From Faecalimonas sp. (GTDB lineage: Bacteria; Bacillota; Clostridia; Lachnospirales; Lachnospiraceae), in the NCBI GenBank assembly GCA_029264305.1, contig JARICA010000021.1, positions 35,866 to 99,865 on the forward strand: a stretch of 64,000 nucleotides of DNA. The letters are read 5' to 3'. Positions within the stretch are counted from its first letter, which is position 1. Every line of letters starts with the position of its first letter. Made by a program: the position numbers and the translations under genes. Shown here one piece after another: positions 20,188 through 30,271 of this stretch. The notes under the pieces were generated by a model. The model saw nothing but the letters and a program-made list of their open reading frames with translations. It searched no databases and was not told the DNA's origin.

Positions 20188-20215
20188 AAAGAAGCGGTAT
20201 TCCGCTTCTTTTTTT
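20188..20215 (+). terminator. Intrinsic terminator
   Basis: AAAGAAGCGG-tatt-CCGCTTCTTT followed by a T run. Confidence 0.75.
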
Positions 20216-20235
20216 GTAAAGAAAGCGGAGAATAA

Positions 20236-20264
20236 GTGACTTTTTTTAGTTGTTGTGGTAAAAT
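20236..20264 (+). promoter_or_regulatory. sigmaA promoter of DUF296-YibE/F genes
   Basis: GTGACT-17 bp-TAAAAT with TG extension. Confidence 0.5.
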
Positions 20265-20295
20265 GAAAAGGCATTTGTTTTAGGAGGCTAAGAAT

Positions 20296-20715
20296 ATGGA
20301 ATATAGAAGGATAAAAAATACGATTATCGCAAGAATTGATAAGAACGAAGAAATATTAGAACAGGTAAAAATATTAGCTTTAGAAGAAAATATACAATTG
20401 GCAAGTGTACAGGCATTGGGAGCAATTAAAGATTTTACAGTTGGTGCTTTACAGACGAAAGAAAAAGAATATAAATCGAATCGTTTTCAAGGAGATTTTG
20501 AAATCGTTTCCCTTATAGGAACAATTAACACAATGAATAGTGAGTTCTATACACACCTTCATCTAAGTGCTGGGAATGAAAGAGGAGAAGTTTTTGGTGG
20601 ACATTTAAATAGAGCGATTGTCAGTGCTACTTGTGAGATGGTTATACAGATTATTGATGGACAAGTGGATAGAAAATTTGATGGAGATACAGGACTAAAT
20701 TTGTTTAACTTTTAG
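20296..20715 (+). CDS. PPC/DUF296 domain protein
   Basis: FEIVSLIGTI, HLHLSAG, VFGGHL, TCEMVI. Confidence 0.88.
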   Translation: MEYRRIKNTIIARIDKNEEILEQVKILALEENIQLASVQALGAIKDFTVGALQTKEKEYKSNRFQGDFEIVSLIGTINTMNSEFYTHLHLSAGNERGEVFGGHLNRAIVSATCEMVIQIIDGQVDRKFDGDTGLNLFNF

Positions 20716-20737
20716 ACAAATAGACAGGGGTGCTCTA

Positions 20738-21868
20738 GTGAAAAAATATATAAACATCATTTTAAAAAAAATAAAAGAAAAAAAGGTAATATCTATAATG
20801 TGTTTGATTTATGTTATAGTTATTTTATTCGTTTTTTTTGATGCAAGATTGTATAAGACTCCTATAGTAAAAATTACAGAAATTCGAACGGAGGAAAAAG
20901 AAAAAGAAGAGGGAACAAGAGGGGGAGAAGAAATACATTACAGACAGTTTTTAAAAGGAATTGTCTTGAATGGTGAATATAAAAAAGAAAGAATACAATT
21001 GAAAAATGAATATGCTGAATCAGAAGTGACCTCTCAAAAATACAAAAAATATGACAGAGTATTTGTGGAAATAAGAGAAAAATCAAATGCACTATCAGGA
21101 AATATAAAAGGATTAAAAAGAGATACAGGAGTTGCAGCCCTACTTGGGCTAATGATTTTATTGTTGCTTGTTATAACAAAAAAGCAAGGGCTTCGAACAA
21201 TTTTTACGGTAGTTGTAAATATTAGTATTTATATGATTGGGTTTGCATTTTTTCTAAATGGAAAAGATATATTGAAAATATGCAATATTATGGTAATTGC
21301 CTTTTCGATAGGAACACTCCTTTTATTAAACGGAGTAAATAAAAGAACTGTGGCATCAATACTTTCTACGCTTTGTGTCTTGGCAGTGATTATGGGGATT
21401 TTTCATCTTGTCATGAATAATTTAGGAGAAACAGATTATGCATCAATGGAATATTTAGGAAGTTTAGATAATCCTTCAGAATTATTTGAAGCGGAAGTGA
21501 TGCTTGCGGGATTAGGTGCGATTATGGATGTAACAGCGACCATTTCGGCTACATTGGGAGAATTAGTAAGAAAAAGACCTTCGATTCGATGGAAAGAACT
21601 ATTTCACTCTGGAAGAGAGGTCGGTTATGATATTATGGGGACGATGATTAGTGTTTTATTATTTACCTTTGGTTGTGGACTAATTCCTACATTTCTTATT
21701 AGAATGAACAATGAGATTTCCTTTCTTACTATAGTTAAACTAAATATTCCATTTGAAATTTGTAGGTTTCTTATAGAAAGTATAGGGATTGTTATTGCTA
21801 TTCCAATTTCTATTTTTGTATCGGCTTCTCTGCTGAAAATGAAAAAAAGAAGGGGGGCGATATCATGA
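20738..21868 (+). CDS. YibE/F family membrane protein
   Basis: LGAIMDVTATIS, GREVGYDIMGTMISVLLFTF; multi-TM. Confidence 0.8.
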   Translation: MKKYINIILKKIKEKKVISIMCLIYVIVILFVFFDARLYKTPIVKITEIRTEEKEKEEGTRGGEEIHYRQFLKGIVLNGEYKKERIQLKNEYAESEVTSQKYKKYDRVFVEIREKSNALSGNIKGLKRDTGVAALLGLMILLLLVITKKQGLRTIFTVVVNISIYMIGFAFFLNGKDILKICNIMVIAFSIGTLLLLNGVNKRTVASILSTLCVLAVIMGIFHLVMNNLGETDYASMEYLGSLDNPSELFEAEVMLAGLGAIMDVTATISATLGELVRKRPSIRWKELFHSGREVGYDIMGTMISVLLFTFGCGLIPTFLIRMNNEISFLTIVKLNIPFEICRFLIESIGIVIAIPISIFVSASLLKMKKRRGAIS

Positions 21869-22620
21869 TAGGAATTTTGGCAATAATACTGTTCGTTCTC
21901 ATACTTATTGTAGGTGGAGAGAGAGGCGCAACTTCTATAATGGCTCTTGCTGGAAATGTTGTTGCGTTGATGTTTGCTATTATTTTGTTAGCAAGAGGAT
22001 ATTCCCCATTTCTTATTTTGTTTTTAGCGACAATCGCAATTAGTTGCATTTCTCTTTTTGGACAAAATGGAAAGAATGTAAAGACAAAAGCTGCCTTTGT
22101 GTCTGTGATTATTGTAATGTTTTTGATTACGATTTGTATTTATTTTGTCTTATGGAAAGATAGTGGAGCTGGTTTAAATGAAATCCAGTCTATACAAGAA
22201 GATGTTATGTATTATTACAATGTAAATATAGAAATCAGTATGATGCAAATAGCAGTTTCTGTTACAATACTAAGTGCATTAGGAGCGGCAATTGATACAG
22301 CTCTTTCTGTAACTTCAGCAGTACATGAGGTGGCATTCCATAAAAAGAATTTAACACAAAAGGAACTTTTTCGTTCTGGTATACAAGTTGGAAAAGAAAT
22401 TATTGGAACAACAGTAAATACATTATTATTCGCGTATTTAGGAGAATCTCTTTTGTTATTTGCTTATTTAAAAAGAGAAAAGTTCCCTTTAGAATTAATT
22501 GTAAATTCTAAATTTCTATTTCAAGAACTTTCTGTTATGTTGTTTGGGGCCATTACTTGTTTGCTTATTGTTCCAGTTTCGGCATATTTTGTTTCGCATT
22601 ATCTTGCAAATAAAGTTTAA
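21865..22620 (+). CDS. YibE/F family membrane protein (short paralog)
   Basis: LGAAIDTALSV, GKEIIGTTVNTLLFAYLG; ATGA overlap with the previous gene. Confidence 0.8.
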   Translation: MIGILAIILFVLILIVGGERGATSIMALAGNVVALMFAIILLARGYSPFLILFLATIAISCISLFGQNGKNVKTKAAFVSVIIVMFLITICIYFVLWKDSGAGLNEIQSIQEDVMYYYNVNIEISMMQIAVSVTILSALGAAIDTALSVTSAVHEVAFHKKNLTQKELFRSGIQVGKEIIGTTVNTLLFAYLGESLLLFAYLKREKFPLELIVNSKFLFQELSVMLFGAITCLLIVPVSAYFVSHYLANKV

Positions 22621-22706
22621 AGGTTTCTTAAGATTGACTTATTTTCTTTATCCTAAGTGGAAAATTTGCTATAATAGATAGATGTTAGGCGAATGTGAGG
22701 AGATAT

Positions 22707-23408
22707 ATGAGAAAAAGAATACAAAGATGTATTGAAAAAATACTACCTGTGGATAGGTTTTTGATACTTATTTTTGCTTTTACGTTTAATAGTATAGTGT
22801 ATAGCGGATCAAGAATGATTGCAGGCGATTGGCATCATTATATATTGACAAGCCATTTAGATGAAAAGATACCACTTATTCCAGAAAGTTTACTGATTTA
22901 TTTTGGGTGTTATATTTTTTGGATACTTAATTATCTTATTATTGCAAAACAAGATGAAGAAAAAGCATATCAGTTTTTTTTGGCGGATATGATTTCAAGA
23001 ATTATTTGTTTCTTGTTTTTTATTCTTTTTCCGACAACGAATATTCGTCCTGATATTTCAGGGGAAGGAATATGGAATGTAGGAATGAGATTTTTGTATC
23101 AAGTAGATGCAGCGGATAATTTGTTTCCATCGATTCATTGTTTAGTAAGTTGGTTTTGTTATATTGGAATACGAGGAGAAAAGAAAATTTCAAAATGGTA
23201 TCGATGGACTTCGTGTATTATAGCAATTTTGGTGTTCGTTTCTACGTTAACAACAAAGCAACATGTAATTATTGATGTGCTTGCTGGTATTGTTATTGCT
23301 GAAATAACATTATGGTTTACAAAGCATACAAGATTTTATGTGAAATATATGCATTTTTGGAAAGGAATGAGCAATAAAATTTTTAAAATGGGAGGAAAAG
23401 GGGAATGA
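22707..23408 (+). CDS. PAP2-superfamily membrane phosphotransferase/phosphatase (Aur1/IPC-synthase-like)
   Basis: FPTTNIRP, NLFPSIH, STLTTKQHVIIDVLAG; about 6 TM segments. Confidence 0.75.
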   Translation: MRKRIQRCIEKILPVDRFLILIFAFTFNSIVYSGSRMIAGDWHHYILTSHLDEKIPLIPESLLIYFGCYIFWILNYLIIAKQDEEKAYQFFLADMISRIICFLFFILFPTTNIRPDISGEGIWNVGMRFLYQVDAADNLFPSIHCLVSWFCYIGIRGEKKISKWYRWTSCIIAILVFVSTLTTKQHVIIDVLAGIVIAEITLWFTKHTRFYVKYMHFWKGMSNKIFKMGGKGE

Positions 23409-24439
23409 AAAATGTAAAGAAGAATGTATTTAATCTTATATTTCTATTTCTCGTATTCGGTTTGACCATTTATGGTGTGTTTAAGGGAGAAGATATTACA
23501 CAAGTGATTCGAGTGATTAGGAATGCGCGGTTTGAGTTTATTCTTTTTGGCATAATATGTGTTATCCTGTTCATTTGGGGAGAATCGATTATCATTTATT
23601 ATTTGATGCATTCATTATCTATTCAATTGAAAAAGTGGAAATGTTTTCTTTTTTCATCGGTAGGTTTCTTTTTTAGTTGTATTACGCCATCTGCGAGTGG
23701 AGGACAGCCAATGCAAATCTATTACATGAAAAAAGAAAGAATTCCAATACCGGTATCTACATTGGTATTGATGATTGTAACTATTACATATAAAATGGTA
23801 CTTGTACTTATTGGTGTGTTTCTTCTTTTGCTAGGAAGAGGGTTTGTTAAGGAATATTTAACTGGAATACTTCCAGTATTTTACTTGGGAGTAAGTTTAA
23901 ATGTGATGTGCGTGACTTTTATGCTTATTCTTGTGTTTCATCCTGTCCTTGCGAAAGCGATTATGAAAAAGGGGCTTCGATTGCTTGAAAAATTACATAT
24001 TTTAAAGCATAAAGAAGAACGTATGATACAATTAGAAAATTCTATGAATTTGTATAATGACACTGCTAAATATTTAAAAAGTCATGTGCAAGTAATGTTG
24101 AATGTACTTTTAATTACATTTTTACAACGTATCGCATTGTTTTTAACAACATACTTTGTCTACTGTGCATTTGGACTTTCAGGAAAAGGAATTGTTGAGA
24201 TTGTTTTGTTGCAAGCAGTTATTTCGATAGCAGTAGATATGCTTCCACTTCCGGGTGGGATGGGAATCAGTGAAAAATTATTTTTGATTATTTTTGTTCC
24301 AATATTTAGTCCAGCATTTTTATTGCCTGGAATGATTTTGAGCAGGGGATTAGGCTATTACGCACAATTATTTATTAGTGCAATTATGACGGTTGTTGCA
24401 CAATTTACATTAGGAAAAAGAAAAGAAATGATAGAGTAA
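23405..24439 (+). CDS. Lysylphosphatidylglycerol-synthase TM (flippase-like) family protein
   Basis: FFSCITPSASGGQP, PLPGGMGISE, RGLGYY; multi-TM; no soluble aminoacyl-transferase domain. Confidence 0.8.
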   Translation: MKNVKKNVFNLIFLFLVFGLTIYGVFKGEDITQVIRVIRNARFEFILFGIICVILFIWGESIIIYYLMHSLSIQLKKWKCFLFSSVGFFFSCITPSASGGQPMQIYYMKKERIPIPVSTLVLMIVTITYKMVLVLIGVFLLLLGRGFVKEYLTGILPVFYLGVSLNVMCVTFMLILVFHPVLAKAIMKKGLRLLEKLHILKHKEERMIQLENSMNLYNDTAKYLKSHVQVMLNVLLITFLQRIALFLTTYFVYCAFGLSGKGIVEIVLLQAVISIAVDMLPLPGGMGISEKLFLIIFVPIFSPAFLLPGMILSRGLGYYAQLFISAIMTVVAQFTLGKRKEMIE

Positions 24440-24449
24440 AGAGGGAAGA

Positions 24450-25070
24450 ATGATGATAGGATTTTATAACTATTCAGTAATTTTAACATATATCGGACTT
24501 ATCTCATCCATTATGGGAATGATATTTACGGTAAATGGACATTATAAATTGGCAATATTTTGTTTAGCATTTTCGGGATTATGCGATATGTTTGATGGAA
24601 AAATTGCAAGAGCAATGAAAAATAGAACTGATGATGAAAAAAAATTTGGAATACAAATAGATTCACTTTGTGATGTGGTATGTTTCGGGGCTTTTCCGGT
24701 TATATTATGCTATTGCCTAGGACTAAAAGATATATTTGGAATTGCGATTTTAGCATTTTATGGTACGGCATCGGTTATTCGTTTAGGATATTTTAATGTT
24801 ATGGAAGAAAAGAGACAACAAGAAACTTCCGAAGCTAGGAAATATTATGAAGGATTGCCAATAACAACAATGGCGATTATTTTGCCAATTATTTATTTGT
24901 TGAAACCTTGTATGGCAGGATATTTTGTGCTCATCTTACATATCATTGTATTTGTTGTGGGATTTTTACTTATTTTGCGTTTCCAATTAAAAAAACCTGG
25001 TAATAAAGTTTTAGCTATTATTGTTGCTATTGTAGCATTGGCAGTATTGAAGGTTACACATATTATTTAG
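24450..25070 (+). CDS. pssA: CDP-alcohol phosphatidyltransferase, PssA-like
   Basis: DMFDGKIAR...FGIQIDSLCDVVCFG signature, IRLGYFN, YEGLP; adjacent to psd. Confidence 0.75.
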   Translation: MMIGFYNYSVILTYIGLISSIMGMIFTVNGHYKLAIFCLAFSGLCDMFDGKIARAMKNRTDDEKKFGIQIDSLCDVVCFGAFPVILCYCLGLKDIFGIAILAFYGTASVIRLGYFNVMEEKRQQETSEARKYYEGLPITTMAIILPIIYLLKPCMAGYFVLILHIIVFVVGFLLILRFQLKKPGNKVLAIIVAIVALAVLKVTHII

Positions 25071-25081
25071 TGGGGAATCAA

Positions 25082-25951
25082 ATGAAATATAGAGATAGAG
25101 ATGGAAAAATAAAAGGAAAGAATGACTTTCAAGATAAATTATTAAAAGGGTTATATGGGAGTACAATTGGTAGAGTACTGGTGAAATGCTTGACAGTTCC
25201 GCTTGTGTCAGAAGTTGGCGGGAAAATTTTAGATAGTTCTTTATCAAGAGTATTGATTGCTCCTTTTGTAAAATTAAATCATATTGATTTATCATTATGT
25301 GAAAAAAATAAATTTGAATCATATAATGAGTTTTTTAAAAGGAAATTTAAAGCAGAAGCAAGAAAAATAAATATGGATGAAAATACATTTATTAGCCCAT
25401 GTGATGCGAAACTTACGGTTTATCCAATAAGTAATCAAAGTCGCTTTTGTATTAAACATACTTCATATACCGTAGAAGAACTTTTGAAAAATGCGACATT
25501 GGCAAAAAAATATGAAGAAGGCTACGCTTGGATTTTTCGACTGTCGGTGGAAGATTATCATCGCTATTGCTATGTGGCTGAAGGAAAAAAATCAAAGAAT
25601 ATTAGAATAAATGGTGTTTTTCACACAGTGAATCCAGTGGCAAATGATGTGTACCCAATTTATAAAGAGAACACAAGAGAATATTCTTTGTTAAAGACAA
25701 AGAAATTTGGCACTATTTTAATGATGGAAGTTGGAGCACTGTTAGTTGGGAAAATTGAGAACCATCATGAAGAAGCGCAAGTAAAAAGAGGGGAAGAAAA
25801 AGGAAATTTTGCTTTTGGAGGTTCAACAATTATATTGTTAACGCAAAAAGACAAAGTACAAGTTGATGAGGACATTTTGAAGAATACAGAATGTGCGTAT
25901 GAAACATTAGTTAAAATGGGAGAAGGAATAGGAGTGCGAAAAGATGTATAA
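25082..25951 (+). CDS. psd: Phosphatidylserine decarboxylase proenzyme
   Basis: YNEFFKR, SPCDA, RLSVEDYHRY, EVGALLVG, FGGST self-cleavage motif. Confidence 0.92.
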   Translation: MKYRDRDGKIKGKNDFQDKLLKGLYGSTIGRVLVKCLTVPLVSEVGGKILDSSLSRVLIAPFVKLNHIDLSLCEKNKFESYNEFFKRKFKAEARKINMDENTFISPCDAKLTVYPISNQSRFCIKHTSYTVEELLKNATLAKKYEEGYAWIFRLSVEDYHRYCYVAEGKKSKNIRINGVFHTVNPVANDVYPIYKENTREYSLLKTKKFGTILMMEVGALLVGKIENHHEEAQVKRGEEKGNFAFGGSTIILLTQKDKVQVDEDILKNTECAYETLVKMGEGIGVRKDV

Positions 25952-27260
25952 AGAAACAGCGAAAGAATTATTATCATTTATTGAAAGAAGTTACAGTTGT
26001 TTTCATTTGATTCAAAATATGAAAGAGGAATTAAATGAAAATGGTTTTGAAGAATTATATGAATCTCAAGAGTGGAATTTAAAATGTGGAGGGAAATATT
26101 ACGTATCAAGGAACGAATCATCATTAATTGCTTTTCAGATTCCAAAAGAAAATTATGTTGGTTTTCAAATAATGGCTAGTCATAGTGATTTTCCTACTTT
26201 TAAGATTAAAGAAAATCCAGAAATTTCTGTAGAAAATCAATACACAAAACTAAATGTGGAAAAGTATGGTGGTATGCTTTGTGCACCATGGTTTGATCGT
26301 CCGTTATCTGTAGCTGGAAGAATTCTTGTACGTGGAGAAAACGAAATTAAAACAAAACTTGTTAATGTGGATAGGGATTTAGTGATGATTCCTAATCTTG
26401 CAATTCATATGAACAGAGAAGTGAATGATGGATATAAATATAATGCACAAACAGATATGCTGCCTCTTTATAGTAATATAACAGAAGAAAATAGTTTTAT
26501 GTCGGTTATCGCAGAATATGCAGAAGTAGAAAAAGAAGATATTTTAGGAAGTGACTTATATTTATATAATCGTATGAAAGGAAGTATTTGGGGTGCGAAT
26601 GAAGAATTTATTTCCTCGCCAAAATTAGATGATACACAGTGCGCATTTGCATCATTAAAAGGATTTTTGCAAGCAAAAAATCAAAAAGCTGTAAGTGTTC
26701 ATTGTGTTTTAGATAATGAAGAAGTCGGAAGCGGAACAAAACAAGGTGCAGCATCAACATTTTTAAAAGATACTTTAGGACGCATTAATCGCGGATTAGG
26801 CAAAACGGAAGATGAGTATTTGAGAGCGTTGGCAAATAGCTTTATGATTTCGGCTGATAATGCTCATGGTGTACATCCTAATCATAGTGATAAGACTGAT
26901 TTAACAAATCGTCCATATTTAAACAACGGGATTGTTATTAAATATAGTGCTAATCAAAAATATACAACAGATGCGGTTTCTGCTGCAGTTTTTAAAACAA
27001 TTTGTGACAAAGCAGAAGTGCCATATCAGAATTTTGTGAATAGATCAGATATGCTAGGAGGCTCTACTCTTGGTAATATTTCTAATACACAAGTTGCTGT
27101 AAATACAGTAGATATTGGAATAGCACAACTTGCAATGCATTCCCCATATGAAACTTGTGGAATAAAAGACACATATTATTTGATTGAAGTGGCAAAAGAG
27201 TTCTATAAATCAGTAGTTATTTCAGATGGAAATGGAAATTTCCATATTGAGCAAGCATAA
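25944..27260 (+). CDS. M18 family aminopeptidase
   Basis: SHSDFP, WFDRPLS, LDD, DNEEVGS, SADNAHGVHPN, LAMHS. Confidence 0.92.
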   Translation: MYKETAKELLSFIERSYSCFHLIQNMKEELNENGFEELYESQEWNLKCGGKYYVSRNESSLIAFQIPKENYVGFQIMASHSDFPTFKIKENPEISVENQYTKLNVEKYGGMLCAPWFDRPLSVAGRILVRGENEIKTKLVNVDRDLVMIPNLAIHMNREVNDGYKYNAQTDMLPLYSNITEENSFMSVIAEYAEVEKEDILGSDLYLYNRMKGSIWGANEEFISSPKLDDTQCAFASLKGFLQAKNQKAVSVHCVLDNEEVGSGTKQGAASTFLKDTLGRINRGLGKTEDEYLRALANSFMISADNAHGVHPNHSDKTDLTNRPYLNNGIVIKYSANQKYTTDAVSAAVFKTICDKAEVPYQNFVNRSDMLGGSTLGNISNTQVAVNTVDIGIAQLAMHSPYETCGIKDTYYLIEVAKEFYKSVVISDGNGNFHIEQA

Positions 27261-27262
27261 TT

Positions 27263-27300
27263 AAAAGGTGTCATTCAAGTATGGGTGGCACCTTTTGTTT
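27263..27300 (+). terminator. Intrinsic terminator
   Basis: AAAAGGTGTCATTCA-loop-TGGGTGGCACCTTTT followed by GTTT. Confidence 0.75.
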
Positions 27301-27380
27301 CATTTTTGTACTTGTAGAAAGGAAAAAACTTATGCTATAATAAACTTATTGAAAGAAAAAACAAAGGCGAGGAGAAACAG

Positions 27381-28076
27381 ATGAAAAGAGTGTTGTTAAA
27401 GCTAAGTGGTGAAGCACTAGCAGGAGATAAAAAAACAGGATTTGACGAAGCAACTTGTATCGGTGTTGCTAACCAAGTAAAACAATTAGTTGATTCAGGA
27501 GTACAAGTGGCCATTGTGACAGGTGGAGGAAATTTTTGGAGAGGAAGAACAAGTGAAACAATCGACAGAACAAAAGCGGATCAGATTGGTATGCTTGCAA
27601 CTGTAATGAATTGTATTTATGTGTCGGATATTTTTAGACACGTTGGAATGCAAACAGAAGTATTTACACCGTTTGTATGTGGAGCATTTACAAGTTTATT
27701 TTCTAAAGATGCTGCAGTGGAAGCGTTAAACAATGGAAAAGTTATCTTTTTTGCAGGTGGAACAGGGCATCCATATTTTTCAACAGATACAGGTGCTGTT
27801 CTTCGTGCGATTGAAATTGAGGCAGATGCAATGCTTTTAGCAAAAGCAATTGATGGTATTTATGATAGTGATCCAAAATTAAATCCAGATGCAAAGAAAT
27901 ATGATGAGATTTCTATTCAGGAAACAATTGATAAACGTTTAGCAGCAGTAGATTTAACAGCATCTATCCTATGTATGGAAAATAAGATGCCAATGCTTGT
28001 GTTTGGTTTAAATGAAGAAAATAGTATTGTAGAGTCGATGACAGGAACTTTTAAAGGAACGAAAGTGACTGTATAG
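27381..28076 (+). CDS. pyrH: UMP kinase
   Basis: LLKLSGEAL, GGGNFWRG, GTGHPYFSTD. Confidence 0.97.
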   Translation: MKRVLLKLSGEALAGDKKTGFDEATCIGVANQVKQLVDSGVQVAIVTGGGNFWRGRTSETIDRTKADQIGMLATVMNCIYVSDIFRHVGMQTEVFTPFVCGAFTSLFSKDAAVEALNNGKVIFFAGGTGHPYFSTDTGAVLRAIEIEADAMLLAKAIDGIYDSDPKLNPDAKKYDEISIQETIDKRLAAVDLTASILCMENKMPMLVFGLNEENSIVESMTGTFKGTKVTV

Positions 28077-28109
28077 TAGATAGTAAGAAGAAAGTAGAGG
28101 ACAGATTAT

Positions 28110-28661
28110 ATGAATGAGAGAATAAAAATATTTGATGAAAAGATGACAAAATCTTATAATAGTTTAGTGAATGAGTTGGCTACAATTCGTGCAGGTCGTG
28201 CGAATCCACATGTACTAGATAAATTAACAGTTGATTATTATGGAGTGCCAACACCGATTCAACAAGCAGCAAATATTTCTGTACCTGAAGCACGTATGAT
28301 TCAGATTCAGCCATGGGAAAAATCTATGGTTAAGGAGATTGAAAAAGCGATACTTATGTCTGATATAGGGATTAATCCAACGAATGATGGAAGTACAATT
28401 CGTCTTGTTTTCCCTGAACTTACAGAAGAAAGAAGAAAAGAACTTGTAAAAGATGTAAAGAAAAAGGGAGAACAAGCTAAAGTTGCTGTTCGTAATATTC
28501 GTCGTGATGGGAATGATACATTTAAAAAGTTAAAGGGAACAGAAGTTTCGGAAGATGAAATTAAAGACTTAGAAGATGAATTACAGAAATTAACAGATAG
28601 ATATGTTAAAGATATCGATAAAACAATCGAAGAAAAATCGAAAGAAATTATGACTGTATAA
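28110..28661 (+). CDS. frr: Ribosome recycling factor
   Basis: [26 protein letters not shown]. Confidence 0.97.
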   Translation: MNERIKIFDEKMTKSYNSLVNELATIRAGRANPHVLDKLTVDYYGVPTPIQQAANISVPEARMIQIQPWEKSMVKEIEKAILMSDIGINPTNDGSTIRLVFPELTEERRKELVKDVKKKGEQAKVAVRNIRRDGNDTFKKLKGTEVSEDEIKDLEDELQKLTDRYVKDIDKTIEEKSKEIMTV

Positions 28662-28687
28662 AAAGGAATTCATTTTTTAGGAAGAAT

Positions 28688-28715
28688 AAGAGGGGTGCAT
28701 ATTGTGCCCCTCTTT
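28688..28715 (+). terminator. Hairpin between frr and uppS
   Basis: AAGAGGGGTGCA-tat-TGTGCCCCTCTT then T; likely a partial terminator. Confidence 0.55.
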
Positions 28716-28744
28716 GTATGAATGGAACTATTGGAGGAAAGAAT

Positions 28745-29455
28745 ATGAACGTACCAAAACATATTGCAATCATTTTAGATGGAAATGGACGTTGGGCGAA
28801 AGCAAAAGGAATGCCAAGAAATTATGGACATGTGCAAGGAAGCAAGAACGTTGAGAGAATATGTGAGGAAGCATATAAATTAGGAGTTAAATATTTGACA
28901 GTATATGCATTTTCTACTGAGAATTGGAGTAGACCAAAAGAAGAAGTAGATGCTTTGATGAAATTATTGCGTAACTATATGAAAACTTGTTTAAAGACGG
29001 CAGAGAAGAATCATATGAAAATCCGCGTTTTAGGTGATAAAACGGGGGTGGATGAAGATATTCGAATGCGTATTGATGAATTGGAAAAAGCGACTGTTAA
29101 TAATGATGGATTGAATTTTCAAATTGCGTTAAACTATGGAAGTAGAGACGAAATGGTTCGTGCTATGAAGAAGATGGTGACAGACTGTAAGACAGGAAAA
29201 TTAGAAGTAGAAGATATTTCAGAAAAAGTGTTCGAGACTTATTTAGACACACATGATATTCCAGATCCGGATTTGCTTATACGCACAAGTGGAGAATTAC
29301 GTTTATCAAATTATTTATTGTGGCAATTAGCATATACAGAATTTTATTTTACAGATGTTTTATGGCCTGATTTTACGAAAAAGGAATTAGAAAAGGCCAT
29401 CTTGCATTATAATAATAGAGATAGACGTTTCGGTGGAACAAAGGAGGAAAAATAA
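28745..29455 (+). CDS. uppS: Undecaprenyl diphosphate synthase
   Basis: ILDGNGRWA, AFSTENWSRP, IRTSGELRLSNYLLWQ; ATG after GGAGGA. Confidence 0.96.
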   Translation: MNVPKHIAIILDGNGRWAKAKGMPRNYGHVQGSKNVERICEEAYKLGVKYLTVYAFSTENWSRPKEEVDALMKLLRNYMKTCLKTAEKNHMKIRVLGDKTGVDEDIRMRIDELEKATVNNDGLNFQIALNYGSRDEMVRAMKKMVTDCKTGKLEVEDISEKVFETYLDTHDIPDPDLLIRTSGELRLSNYLLWQLAYTEFYFTDVLWPDFTKKELEKAILHYNNRDRRFGGTKEEK

Positions 29456-30258
29456 TGTTTAAAACAAGATTGTTAAGTGGAATTGTCCTTGTAATACTTG
29501 CGTTAGTTATAGTTATAACGGGGCAAGATTTATTGTTTGGTGTTCTACTTCTCATTAGTTTGATTGGTATGAGCGAACTATATAAAGTGGTAAATGCACA
29601 TAAAAGTTTTCTTGGACTTGTGGGATATTTGGCTGGAATTATGTATTATATTTGCATACGATTTGGAAGTAAAGAACAAATAGTGCCTCTTGTGATAGCT
29701 TTTCTTGTTCTACTAATGGCTGTATATGTGTTTTCTTTTCCAAAATATGTGGCACAACAGGTTATGTTTATATTTTTCGGACTTTTTTATGTAGCAATGA
29801 TGCTTTCTTATGTGTATCAGACACGAATGCTTTCACAGGGAGTTTTTCTTGTTTGGTTGATTTTCCTTTGTTCGTGGGGAAGTGATACTTGTGCATATTG
29901 TGTGGGAATGCTAATTGGTAAGCATAAGATGGCACCAAAGTTAAGTCCGAAGAAATCAATAGAAGGAGGTATAGGTGGAATTCTTGGAGCTGCATTGTTA
30001 GGGGCAGTATATGCATTAGCAATTAATAAATTTGCAACAGGAGCAGACGCTAATATTCTTCATTATGCCATTATTTGTGGAGTTGGATCTATCATTTCTC
30101 AAGTAGGGGATTTAGCAGCTTCTGCAATTAAGAGAAATTATGATATTAAGGATTACGGGAAATTAATCCCAGGTCATGGTGGTATTTTGGATCGATTTGA
30201 CAGTGTGATTTTTACAGCACCAATTATTTATTACTTATCGGTTATTTTAATGAAATAA
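29455..30258 (+). CDS. cdsA: Phosphatidate cytidylyltransferase
   Basis: SDTCAY, SPKKSIEG, GDLAASAIKR, PGHGGILDRFDS. Confidence 0.95.
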   Translation: MFKTRLLSGIVLVILALVIVITGQDLLFGVLLLISLIGMSELYKVVNAHKSFLGLVGYLAGIMYYICIRFGSKEQIVPLVIAFLVLLMAVYVFSFPKYVAQQVMFIFFGLFYVAMMLSYVYQTRMLSQGVFLVWLIFLCSWGSDTCAYCVGMLIGKHKMAPKLSPKKSIEGGIGGILGAALLGAVYALAINKFATGADANILHYAIICGVGSIISQVGDLAASAIKRNYDIKDYGKLIPGHGGILDRFDSVIFTAPIIYYLSVILMK

Positions 30259-30271
30259 ATGAGGAAATAAA

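Noticed and set aside
20188-20235. Alternative pairing (TATTCCGCTT with AAAGCGGAGAATA) suggesting an attenuator for the DUF296 gene
   Set aside because: A good promoter lies downstream of the hairpin, so it is more simply an insulating terminator.
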